60,221 nt of DNA, from NCBI GenBank assembly GCA_943368675.1, contig CALRLN020000001.1:1-60221 (forward strand), in the 5' to 3' direction. The notes under the pieces were generated by a model. That model was not told the origin of the DNA. It saw only the letters and a list, made by a program, of their open reading frames with translations, and did not search any database. Shown one piece after another: positions 51,688 through 60,221 of the stretch (positions within the stretch are counted from its first letter, which is position 1; each line of letters opens with the position of its first letter). Origin of the DNA: Chitinophaga pinensis (GTDB taxonomy: Bacteria; Bacteroidota; Bacteroidia; Cytophagales; Spirosomataceae). The position numbers and the translations under genes were made by a program.

Positions 51688-51742
51688 CTTTCTATATAAT
51701 TAAGAATGAAGCGCGGTTTTGCGCACGCTTCATTCTATGATA

Positions 51743-53320
51743 TTAAGCATATTTTTCAGCTAATTCTCTACCTACCTTCTTGATAGTATCAGTAGATGAA
51801 TCTTCTAATTTACCTGCCGCAAGACTTTTCAATACGTCAGCATGTTGCGCATTCAGAAGTGTAAGGAATTCAACCTCAAATTCTTTTGCTCTGTTTACCG
51901 GCACTTTGTCAAGTACACCATTAATAGAAGCATAAATCATTGCTACCTGTTCGCCTACCGGAGCAGGTGAGAACTGTGCCTGTTTCAAGATCTCCTGGTT
52001 ACGACGACCACGCTCGATAGTCAGTTTAGTAGCGGCATCAAGGTCAGAACCGAACTTCGCGAAGGCTTCCAATTCACGGAACTGCGCCTGGTCAAGTTTT
52101 AATGTACCTGCTACTTTTTTCATTGATTTAATCTGAGCATTACCACCCACACGTGATACCGAGATACCAACGTTAATGGCCGGGCGGATACCTGCGTTGA
52201 ACAGATTTGACTCAAGGAAAATCTGACCATCAGTAATCGAGATTACGTTAGTCGGAATATAGGCAGAAACGTCACCCGCTTGTGTCTCAATGATTGGAAG
52301 GGCTGTTAATGAACCACCACCTTTCACTTTACCTTTCAATGAAGGCGGAAGGTCGTTCATGTTTTTCGCAATCGAATCATTGGCAGTGATTTTAGCGGCA
52401 CGTTCCAGTAAACGGCTATGTAAGTAGAACACGTCTCCCGGATAAGCTTCACGTCCTGGAGGACGACGAAGTAATAGAGAAACTTCACGATAAGCAACCG
52501 CTTGTTTTGATAGGTCATCATAAACTACCAGAGCCGGACGACCGGTATCGCGGAAGTACTCACCAATGGCAGCACCTGTAAACGGAGCAAAGAACTGCAT
52601 AGGTGAAGGGTCAGATGCACCGGCAGCTACTACAACTGTGTAGTCCATTGCACCATATTTACGTAATGTCTGCTCAACGGCTTTGATTGTAGAAGCCTTC
52701 TGACCACACGCTACATAAATACAATAAACCGGTTCGCCTTTATCATAAAATTCTTTCTGGTTGATGATAGCATCGATACAAACCGCTGTTTTACCTGTCT
52801 GACGGTCACCGATTACCAACTCACGTTGTCCGCGACCGATAGGAATCATGGCATCAATTGATTTGATACCAGTCTGAAGAGGCTCAGTTACAGGCTGACG
52901 ATAGATAACACCCGGCGCTTTACGTTCCAAAGGCATCTCAAAAGTTTCACCCTGAATCGGACCATTACCATCAATTGGCTCTGCAAGTGTATTAACCACA
53001 CGACCGATGATACCGTCTCCTACTTTCACAGAAGCGATTTCGCCGGTACGTTTTACGGTTGCACCTTCTTTAATACCTGTTGCATCTCCTAAAAGTACTG
53101 CTCCTACGTTATCTTCTTCAAGATTGAGGGCTAGTGCTTTCAAGCCGTTTTCAAAAGCCAGCAATTCACCGGCTTGTACTTTTGATAAACCATATATACG
53201 TGCTACACCGTCGCCGATTTGTAGCACAGTACCTATTTCTTCGAGTTCCGCTTCGGTTTTTGAACCTGCTAATTGTTCACGTAGAATAGCCGAAACTTCA
53301 TCTGGTCTGACTGATGCCAT
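51743..53320 (-). CDS. atpA: ATP synthase F1 alpha subunit
   Basis: GDRQTGKT Walker [24 protein letters not shown]. Confidence 0.98.
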   Translation of the reverse strand: MASVRPDEVSAILREQLAGSKTEAELEEIGTVLQIGDGVARIYGLSKVQAGELLAFENGLKALALNLEEDNVGAVLLGDATGIKEGATVKRTGEIASVKVGDGIIGRVVNTLAEPIDGNGPIQGETFEMPLERKAPGVIYRQPVTEPLQTGIKSIDAMIPIGRGQRELVIGDRQTGKTAVCIDAIINQKEFYDKGEPVYCIYVACGQKASTIKAVEQTLRKYGAMDYTVVVAAGASDPSPMQFFAPFTGAAIGEYFRDTGRPALVVYDDLSKQAVAYREVSLLLRRPPGREAYPGDVFYLHSRLLERAAKITANDSIAKNMNDLPPSLKGKVKGGGSLTALPIIETQAGDVSAYIPTNVISITDGQIFLESNLFNAGIRPAINVGISVSRVGGNAQIKSMKKVAGTLKLDQAQFRELEAFAKFGSDLDAATKLTIERGRRNQEILKQAQFSPAPVGEQVAMIYASINGVLDKVPVNRAKEFEVEFLTLLNAQHADVLKSLAAGKLEDSSTDTIKKVGRELAEKYA

Positions 53321-53387
53321 ATTATATTTTGATGAGTTTTTAAATGTAGATTCGAAAAACGGGCTTTATACCTTGATTTTTCGGGTG

Positions 53388-53395
53388 CAAAAGTA
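53388..53395 (-). promoter_or_regulatory. TAnnTTTG promoter element of atpA
   Basis: Reverse complement reads TACTTTTG, about 70 nt upstream of the atpA ATG. Confidence 0.6.
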
Positions 53396-53544
53396 CGACA
53401 CATTTTTCACAATTCCCATATTTTAGGCAAAAAAAGATATGAAAATTAGGACTATTTTTAGAAAGGAGCTATAGAACCGCGCTTCTTAATAATAACTATT
53501 TTCTTTGTTATATTTGAAATATATTTAAACCAATAGATTAAATA

Positions 53545-55296
53545 ATGCCAAATCTATTTTACATAAGTGATTCAGATACTATTGTTGAAAGAAAACTTAA
53601 TTTTTTTCATGATTGGTTTCAATTCTATGCGTACAAATTAGGTAAATTACACTACTTTGAACTTGAAAATCCTTTATCCCTAATTGAAAAAATAATATAT
53701 CAAATTGAAAACAATCTCAATAACTGTATACCTTATATTGATGATTATTTTAGTAATAGTTATTTCTTTGATGACCTTTTTTTGCAAAGTTTCAAGAACT
53801 ATAGCGAAGTTAAGGCATTATTACTGATATTTAGACAACAGAATAGTTTACAGAAAAAAAAGGAATGGATTAATAGTAAACCTGAACTCTTAGCCGCTCT
53901 AAAAGATTTAAAACAAGATTTTCAAAAGAATCTTTTTAGAAAATCTCTAAATTTAATTATTAGCTATATTACTTGCAGGAATAATATTGAGGAACATATA
54001 GAGGATATCAAATATCATACAAAAATTATAGTTTCAGAATATTTTTTTAATGGAATTACTTATAACGATATTGATAAGATTTTCTTAAAAATTTTAAGCC
54101 AAAATATCAAAGAGTTTCCATTTCCACCAAATCTCAAAACTAAATTACAGAAAGAAAGCCATCTAAAAAATATAGATACTACAAATCAATTAGAAGGCTT
54201 GTACACATTTCTATTTCAAAAAGCAGAAGAGAATATCTATCTTTTTAGAATTTATGGTATTTCTATAAACACAGAATTTTCATTTGAATATGAAGGAGTC
54301 AAATTGTTCAATAAGGATAATAATTTATTCAAAAAATTTATAAAAGGTAAGGGTACGAAAGCTCGAATCTTTAACGACTTTTTTAATGACGATGAAGTTT
54401 ATATAATAGCAATAGTGAAAACTGCATTTCAAAGTCCATATACTTCTAGAAAGTATGCTGTAAATGAAATAAAAAAAGCTATAGAATTTTTAGATGCAAA
54501 ATTTGAAAGAACATTCAGACTTGATGACAGATTTTACTTATATACTAACAATTTTAAAAGATTTGGATTAAGTAAAGATTTCAAAAATGAGAATATTATA
54601 TTGGATGAAAAAGACATTTATAAGTTAAAAGAGAACATTTTTCTTTTTTTTAAAAAACCTTATTCTCCTGCTCAAGAATATATTCTTAAATACGAGCATT
54701 TATGGACAGAAGCTCAAAAAACAAAAAATATTGCCGATTATTGGCATTACATAGAAAGCCTTCTACACACAAATAATGATAATAAACGTGTGAAAAGAGC
54801 TTTAACAGCTGTCGTTCTTATTAGTGAAAATCAAAGAATGAAAAATGAATTAATGAATTACTTAGGTCAATGTTTAAATGTTTTTAATATACCTATAAAG
54901 GCATGGAATTTAAATCTAAAGGAATCTGAAGAAATAGTTACTGAAATAATAGAGGGGAAAATACCTGGTAAATTGAAACAAATTGACTATCCATTTTTAA
55001 AAGAGCTTTTGAATCTAGTAAATTCAGAATTAGATGGTTCTTCCTATTTTAATATACATAAATATTTTAATTCTATAGTTAATGAAGCATATGCTCAAAG
55101 GAATTTTTATATTCATAGTGGACTGTTTGATGAAAAGTCGTACATAAAACTTGATTATACTTTTCCTCCTATTATGACAAGGTTTAGATTCACCATTCTT
55201 AAAGCCGCTAATTATAATAAACATTTATCATTTGAAGAGTTGATTTCTTTCTTGATAGACAAGGGAGAAAGTTTACTCCCAATTAAACCTCAATAA
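53545..55296 (+). CDS. Low-GC hypothetical protein with putative C-terminal HEPN domain
   Basis: 583-aa intact ORF. YWHYIESLL followed by AYAQRNFYIHSG (R-x4-H). TATATTTG promoter at 53509-53516. Confidence 0.7.
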   Translation: MPNLFYISDSDTIVERKLNFFHDWFQFYAYKLGKLHYFELENPLSLIEKIIYQIENNLNNCIPYIDDYFSNSYFFDDLFLQSFKNYSEVKALLLIFRQQNSLQKKKEWINSKPELLAALKDLKQDFQKNLFRKSLNLIISYITCRNNIEEHIEDIKYHTKIIVSEYFFNGITYNDIDKIFLKILSQNIKEFPFPPNLKTKLQKESHLKNIDTTNQLEGLYTFLFQKAEENIYLFRIYGISINTEFSFEYEGVKLFNKDNNLFKKFIKGKGTKARIFNDFFNDDEVYIIAIVKTAFQSPYTSRKYAVNEIKKAIEFLDAKFERTFRLDDRFYLYTNNFKRFGLSKDFKNENIILDEKDIYKLKENIFLFFKKPYSPAQEYILKYEHLWTEAQKTKNIADYWHYIESLLHTNNDNKRVKRALTAVVLISENQRMKNELMNYLGQCLNVFNIPIKAWNLNLKESEEIVTEIIEGKIPGKLKQIDYPFLKELLNLVNSELDGSSYFNIHKYFNSIVNEAYAQRNFYIHSGLFDEKSYIKLDYTFPPIMTRFRFTILKAANYNKHLSFEELISFLIDKGESLLPIKPQ

Positions 55297-55349
55297 AGAA
55301 AGCACATTCTATTATTGACTAAATATTAAAATTATAATCCTTTGAATAG

Positions 55350-55394
55350 ATAGACCTGACAGAAAGCTATAAAGCAAATTTCTATCAGGTCTAT
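55350..55394. terminator. Hairpin between convergent genes
   Basis: ATAGACCTGACAGAAA/TTTCTATCAGGTCTAT inverted repeat. Confidence 0.6.
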
Positions 55395-55399
55395 GATGT

Positions 55400-56644
55400 T
55401 TATTTTTTATAACTAATCTTATAAATAGTCCCTCCTAAATCGTCAGAAACATAAAGCGAGCCGTCAGGGCCTTGTGCTAAACCGCATGGGCGGTGTTGTA
55501 CCGGGCCAGTTGGTTTGGCTAAGTCGATTCCTGCAAAATTATCGGCGAATATCTCCCAAGGGCCTGATGGCTTGCCATTTTTAAAAGGCACAAAACCTAC
55601 CATATACCCCTTCTTCAATTCAGGCGATTGTCCGTGAAAAGCAATGAAAGCACCGTTTTTATATTTAGCCGGAAACATATTTCCGGTGTAGAATAACAAT
55701 CCGTTTGGCCCTAAGTGGGCAGGGAAAGCAGCAGCAGGATTCAGTGCTTTTTCACCACCAGTTTTTTTACCATCACCACCATATTCAGGGCATAGGATTT
55801 TCTTTTTCTGGAATTGGTCATAATATACATACGGCCAGCCTGCATCTGCCCCTTCATGTAATTCATACATCGTTTCAGCAGGCAATTTAGTACTCATTTC
55901 CGGTGTATAATAGTTAGGAAATGCCTCATGGAATTCCCCCCTTCCGTGCATCATCACAAATAATTTATTAGACTTTGTATTCCAGTCTATACCTACAATA
56001 TTTTTCAAGCCTGTGGCATAACGCACGCCATCACCATAAGTCTGGTTCAGTTTGTTGGTTTTAAAACGCCATACCCCTCCTACCGAATCAAGCAAAGCAC
56101 AAGGCGAAATGCCTTTGTTCGTGCCTTTCTCCTTGCAGGTTTCATCATACGAACCTACTGTTACATAAATATTATCATTGTTATCCAGTGCAATAGATTT
56201 TGACTCATCGCGACCTTTGGCAACAAGACCTGTTACTATCAGTTCCGGGCTATTGATGTTGGTAATTTCGCCGTTAGCATCTAAATTATAACGATATACG
56301 CCTGTATTAGATGAAGAATACAGATAGTTACCTTTAATAACTATACCTGTGCCTTTATAGTCTAATAAAGTTTTTTGTGCATCAACCTTACCATCACCAT
56401 TAGAGTCATACAGGTAAACCATACCTTTACCATCTTTTAGTTTGGATAATTTGGCGTATACTCCGCCTTTACTGGTTATAGCCATGTGTCTGGTAGCGCC
56501 TAGCTCACTTCCAAGAATAGTAGCGGTAAATCCGGCAGGGACTTTAATAGCAGGGGCAGGTGTTTCGTCATAATCATAGGCTGAAAGTAGAGATACGCCT
56601 ACTGCAACAATGAGCAGGTAGCGCATCTGAAAAAAGGTTCGCAT
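55400..56644 (-). CDS. PQQ-dependent sugar/sorbosone dehydrogenase family (beta-propeller)
   Basis: ATGLKNIVG, GWPY, AFIAFHG and RPCGLAQGPDGSLYVSDD motifs. Confidence 0.9.
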   Translation of the reverse strand: MRTFFQMRYLLIVAVGVSLLSAYDYDETPAPAIKVPAGFTATILGSELGATRHMAITSKGGVYAKLSKLKDGKGMVYLYDSNGDGKVDAQKTLLDYKGTGIVIKGNYLYSSSNTGVYRYNLDANGEITNINSPELIVTGLVAKGRDESKSIALDNNDNIYVTVGSYDETCKEKGTNKGISPCALLDSVGGVWRFKTNKLNQTYGDGVRYATGLKNIVGIDWNTKSNKLFVMMHGRGEFHEAFPNYYTPEMSTKLPAETMYELHEGADAGWPYVYYDQFQKKKILCPEYGGDGKKTGGEKALNPAAAFPAHLGPNGLLFYTGNMFPAKYKNGAFIAFHGQSPELKKGYMVGFVPFKNGKPSGPWEIFADNFAGIDLAKPTGPVQHRPCGLAQGPDGSLYVSDDLGGTIYKISYKK

Positions 56645-56901
56645 GGTAGTATTTGTAAATTAAGGTTGAAAATAGGAAGTGGTCTGAACCACTTAATGAC
56701 AAATATATAGAATATTATTTTATTGAATAGTGATTTTTGAAATCGTCCGGGTGGCGTTCCGCAAAATTCTACCTGATTGACTAAATGCTTTCATTCGGTT
56801 ATTAAAATATGCTGATATTTGTCAGGCGACGATTTAAAAAATCGTGATTCATAAAAAAAATTCTTTTAATTTAGCTACCGAACCTATTCAAAACCTATTC
56901 T

Positions 56902-57903
56902 ATGAAAACATTATTATTATTCTCCTTAATCATTACTATGAGCTATACTGCAACAGCCCAACAAAAAACGCTTGGCAAAGTAAACCGCCTTGACCCTGCC
57001 CTGGATAATCTGATAGACAAAGATGCAAAAATTGAAATTCTGAGTGAAGGATATGACTGGTCAGAAGGGCCTGCCTGGGTAAAAGACGGTAACTACTTGC
57101 TTTTCTCTGATGTACCTGCCAATACAGTCTATAAATGGAAAGAGGGGGAAGGCACAAAACTTTTTCTAAAACCATCGGGCTATACAGGCTTAGGCATATA
57201 TAGCGACGAACCCGGCAGCAATGGCTTAATCATTAATAAAGACGGAATGTTGGTTTCTTGCGAACATGGTGACCGCCGGATTTCGGTAATGCCTTTGACA
57301 GTAGGCGGCAAACGAACCCTTGCGGATAATTATGCAGGAAAGCGTTTCAACAGCCCTAATGATCTAGTGCAGAAATCAAACGGTGATTATTATTTCACTG
57401 ATCCGCCATATGGCTTAATGAAAAAAGACAAGGATCCAACCAGAGAAACCGAGTTTTTTGGGGTATACCGTAGAGCAACTAATGGTACTGTAACTTTGAT
57501 TATAAAAGACCTGAGCCGGCCGAATGGTCTGGCTTTTTCACCGGATGAGAAAACATTGTACGTGGCTCAGTCTGACCCCGATAAGGCTTATATTATGTCA
57601 TACCCGGTTTTAGCCGATGGCAAAGTGGGTAAAGGGAAGATTCTGTTTGATGCTACACCGATGGTGAAAGAGGGTTTACAGGGTTTACCTGATGGCTTGA
57701 AAGTTGACAAAAAAGGAAATATTTTCACAACAGGGCCGGGAGGTGTTTTGATATTAACCCCGCAAGGGAAACTATTAGGAAGAATCGAAACGGGTGTACC
57801 CACTGCCAATTGTGCCTGGGGAAATGACGGCTCTACGCTTTATATCACAGCGGATATGTATTTATTGCGTATTCAGACGAAAACGGTTGGGGTTGGGTTT
57901 TAA
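56902..57903 (+). CDS. SMP-30/gluconolactonase family protein
   Basis: Signal peptide, SEGPAW, FNSPND, FTDPPYG, PNGLAFSPD and PDGLKVD motifs. Confidence 0.93.
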   Translation: MKTLLLFSLIITMSYTATAQQKTLGKVNRLDPALDNLIDKDAKIEILSEGYDWSEGPAWVKDGNYLLFSDVPANTVYKWKEGEGTKLFLKPSGYTGLGIYSDEPGSNGLIINKDGMLVSCEHGDRRISVMPLTVGGKRTLADNYAGKRFNSPNDLVQKSNGDYYFTDPPYGLMKKDKDPTRETEFFGVYRRATNGTVTLIIKDLSRPNGLAFSPDEKTLYVAQSDPDKAYIMSYPVLADGKVGKGKILFDATPMVKEGLQGLPDGLKVDKKGNIFTTGPGGVLILTPQGKLLGRIETGVPTANCAWGNDGSTLYITADMYLLRIQTKTVGVGF

Positions 57904-57906
57904 AAG

Positions 57907-57993
57907 CCCCTCACCCCGACCCTCTCCCACGGGAGAGGGAGCAAAAAAAGTCTCCCTCTCCTTTTTCAGGAGAGGGAGATTTAGAGGGTGAGG
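57907..57993. repeat. REP-like nested palindromic element
   Basis: Outer CCTCACCC/GGGTGAGG arms enclose CCCTCTCCC-AC-GGGAGAGGG and TCTCCCTCTCCT-N5-AGGAGAGGGAGA hairpins. Confidence 0.75.
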
Positions 57994-57999
57994 TGTCTA

Positions 58000-59292
58000 T
58001 CACTTTCCTCCTACTACCACCTCACATAAATCTTCCGGTTTGAAATAGGTATTTGCCATTTCAATTATATCCAAAGGTGTAACCATCCGTACCTTCTGGA
58101 TATAATTATCATAAAAATCTTCGGGTAGTTCATCCAGAAGTATAATTTTCTGTCTGTCAGCTACTTCAAACGGGGTATTCAGAGAACCAACCAATGAACC
58201 AACCATATAATTCTTGGCAGTGTCCACTTCATCCTCCTCTACAGGTATAGTCTGTAAAATTCTGATTTCTTTAGTAATTTCATCAAGCGTTTGCTGCGTA
58301 AACTCTTTCTTCACATCTGTGCCCATTACTAAATACCCTCCTTGCCTATGCGGCACTAAGCCCGACGAAATACCATAGGTAAAGCCTTTATCTTCACGGA
58401 TATTTTTCATCAGACGGCTACCAAAATAGCCCCCAAAAATAGTATTGGCAACAATGAATTTAAAGAAATCCGGGTGCGTGCGACCAAACAGCCTTTTACC
58501 TACGCGAATGGATGACTGTAAATTATCGGGGCGTTCCAGCAAAAAACTTTCGTGATGCTTTATTTCAGTAATATTATCAATGATTTCACTATGCTTTGGA
58601 GACTCTAATTGCACCTGCCCTAAATGCTGGTTCAATGCCTGCACTTCCTCATCGCCGAATTTACCTGAAATAAAAATTCTATACGCTTTACCTTTAATCT
58701 GTTTTTCGTAAAAATCTCTTACTGCTTCCTGCGTTATGCTTTCAATTGACGCTAAACTCAGAGATTTTCCGTAAGGATGGTTCATTCCATAAATCTTTTC
58801 CCTGAAAACCTGTCCTGCCAGATAGGAGCTTTTTTCTAAATTGATTTTAAGATTCTGTGAGGTTATATTCTTCTGAACCTGTAATTCGTTTTCCGGAATT
58901 ACTGAGTCAGCAATCATTTCCTGCAATAGTGGCAATAATTTGGGCAAATGTCTGGTAAGCCCATGCACTGTAATGGTTAACCGTTCAACCGAATGGCTGA
59001 TTTCCAGGAAAGCGCCGTATTGGTCGAAGTGTTCACTTATTTGAGTAGCAGTATGCAGAGAGGTTCCTTCTGAAAGCATTTTAGCAGCAAAATGCGCTTC
59101 TCCGATGAGGTTTTCATAGCGGCTGCCTGCTTCAAAAATCAATTCTAAACGCACTACGGGTTGTTCTCCCGCCTTGACCATATATACTGGTATCTTATTA
59201 TCAAGCAATGTTTTTTCAGCCTTAGGTATACTTACCTGTTCGATGGTTTGTGAGGGTGGTGCTATGGTGCGGTCTAATATCATCGGTTTCAT
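58000..59292 (-). CDS. M16 (pitrilysin) family protein, probably a non-catalytic subunit
   Basis: FGGYFGSRLMKNIREDKGFTYGI motif; no HxxEH in the N-terminal domain. Confidence 0.88.
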   Translation of the reverse strand: MKPMILDRTIAPPSQTIEQVSIPKAEKTLLDNKIPVYMVKAGEQPVVRLELIFEAGSRYENLIGEAHFAAKMLSEGTSLHTATQISEHFDQYGAFLEISHSVERLTITVHGLTRHLPKLLPLLQEMIADSVIPENELQVQKNITSQNLKINLEKSSYLAGQVFREKIYGMNHPYGKSLSLASIESITQEAVRDFYEKQIKGKAYRIFISGKFGDEEVQALNQHLGQVQLESPKHSEIIDNITEIKHHESFLLERPDNLQSSIRVGKRLFGRTHPDFFKFIVANTIFGGYFGSRLMKNIREDKGFTYGISSGLVPHRQGGYLVMGTDVKKEFTQQTLDEITKEIRILQTIPVEEDEVDTAKNYMVGSLVGSLNTPFEVADRQKIILLDELPEDFYDNYIQKVRMVTPLDIIEMANTYFKPEDLCEVVVGGK

Positions 59293-59331
59293 TAAAAATA
59301 AATCGTAAACTCTTTGGCATGTTATAAAGAA

Positions 59332-59386
59332 AAAGTAAAATGAATAACGAACACTTCTATAAAAAGTTCATTATTCATTTTACTTT
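59332..59386. other. Long AT-rich inverted repeat between ftsZ and the M16 gene
   Basis: 21-nt arms (59332-59352 and 59366-59386) matching at 20 of 21 nt. Confidence 0.55.
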
Positions 59387-59418
59387 AACTGATGGCTGAT
59401 ATATTGACAACAAAAAAA

Positions 59419-60221
59419 TTATCTGGCAGATTCCATCATATTCAGCAAAGTGTCCAGTTCATATTCCAGCACTTTGCTGCCTTGTTTTAATTTCTTAATA
59501 TCCTGTAGTTCAACCCCATTCCGGGCATAGGTAGGGCTGTTTAATGCCGGGTTACGATAGCCTTCACGCATGAATCGTTGAATCATTGTTCTGATTTGTT
59601 CCATATCATCACGTTTGGGAGGCTCAGGAACCGGAATAGCAGCAACAGGTTGTGACTGGGCTTTCTCACCTTTAATTTTATTTCCCTCCTCAACCATTTC
59701 AAACTCAGCCTCTTTTATTTCTTCAGGCTCTGGCAGAAGGTGAAATCCGGCCGCTACAATAGTTACCCTTACTTTTTTGCCCAGATGTTCATCAACAGCA
59801 AAACCATGCTTAAACAAACGTGCTTTTGCCTGAATCTGACTTTCAATAAACTTTGTAACGAGGGTCTGGTCAGAGAGCTTGATTTTATGCTCAGGGCTAT
59901 AAGCAATACTTACCAATACACGTTGGGCTCCGCTAATGCCATTGCTTTCCAGCAAAGGCGAAGAAAGTGCTGCTTTGATGGCATCTTCTGCTCTTTTGTC
60001 TCCTTCGGCTTCTGCAGTACCCATTACGGCTTGTCCGGCATCACCTAATACTTTCTTTACATCGGCAAAGTCAAGATTAATAATTCCGGGGCGTGTTATT
60101 AACTCGGCAATACTTTTTACTCCATTAGCCAATACATCATCGGCTTTGGCGTAGGCATCTTCAATATCCATATCACCATATTGCAGTTCCAGGCGCTCAT
60201 TCTTGATTATCAGTACAGTAT
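59419..60221 (-). CDS. ftsZ: FtsZ family protein, 5'-truncated by the window edge
   Basis: Frame is open to the window end (TVLIIKNERL...). T7 loop GIINLDFADV, ALSSPLL and RVTIVAAGF. Confidence 0.88.
   Translation of the reverse strand, partial: TVLIIKNERLELQYGDMDIEDAYAKADDVLANGVKSIAELITRPGIINLDFADVKKVLGDAGQAVMGTAEAEGDKRAEDAIKAALSSPLLESNGISGAQRVLVSIAYSPEHKIKLSDQTLVTKFIESQIQAKARLFKHGFAVDEHLGKKVRVTIVAAGFHLLPEPEEIKEAEFEMVEEGNKIKGEKAQSQPVAAIPVPEPPKRDDMEQIRTMIQRFMREGYRNPALNSPTYARNGVELQDIKKLKQGSKVLEYELDTLLNMMESAR

Noticed and set aside
56735-56850. AAATCGTC/GACGATTT inverted match between the divergent dehydrogenase and gluconolactonase genes
   Set aside because: Short and widely spaced; cannot be distinguished from chance without comparative data.
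57794-57991. 65-aa ORF ending in PSPRPSPTGEG...
   Set aside because: Out-of-frame overlap with the gluconolactonase gene; the odd peptide is just the translated palindromic repeat.
360-60154. Many 60-140 aa ORFs antisense to or nested within well-supported genes (for example 1381-1671, 36765-37136, 53007-53426)
   Set aside because: Shadow ORFs with no motifs or independent expression signals.
1-60221. CRISPR array, tRNA/rRNA, prophage or IS element
   Set aside because: No regularly spaced direct repeats, cloverleaf or rRNA signatures, integrase, transposase or phage structural motifs were seen by eye; covariance searches were not run.

Overview
AT-rich chromosomal window from a Bacteroidota bacterium, probably Cytophagales (Emticicia/Spirosomataceae-like). 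The assignment is inferred from TAnnTTTG promoters, A-rich translation starts without Shine-Dalgarno motifs, a GT3 glycogen synthase and the gene content. About 50 CDSs can be supported. Housekeeping genes (nrdA, thiN, ispE, recO, rpmE2, can, gpsA, gatB, atpA, atpG, partial ftsZ) are mixed with lipoproteins, transporters, regulators and a 1,400-aa secreted protease. I saw no rRNA, tRNA, CRISPR array, integrase or transposase. The most notable observations are: (1) a very low-GC orphan gene at 53545-55296 with a C-terminal RxxxxH HEPN-like motif, a candidate stand-alone anti-phage RNase beside an atpA-atpG unit detached from the other atp genes; (2) a cluster of DnaA boxes between nrdA and thiN, either an oriC candidate or DnaA control of nrdA; (3) a recurring TGG(C/T/A)A(C/T)-N5-TT sigma54-like motif upstream of several stress-type genes; (4) two different GC-rich REP-like palindromic elements between convergent genes; (5) a subtilase-fold protease with Glu at the catalytic His position and an atypical C-terminal domain; (6) readable operator sites for the Crp/Fnr and AraC regulators. 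All family calls come from motif recognition, not database searches.
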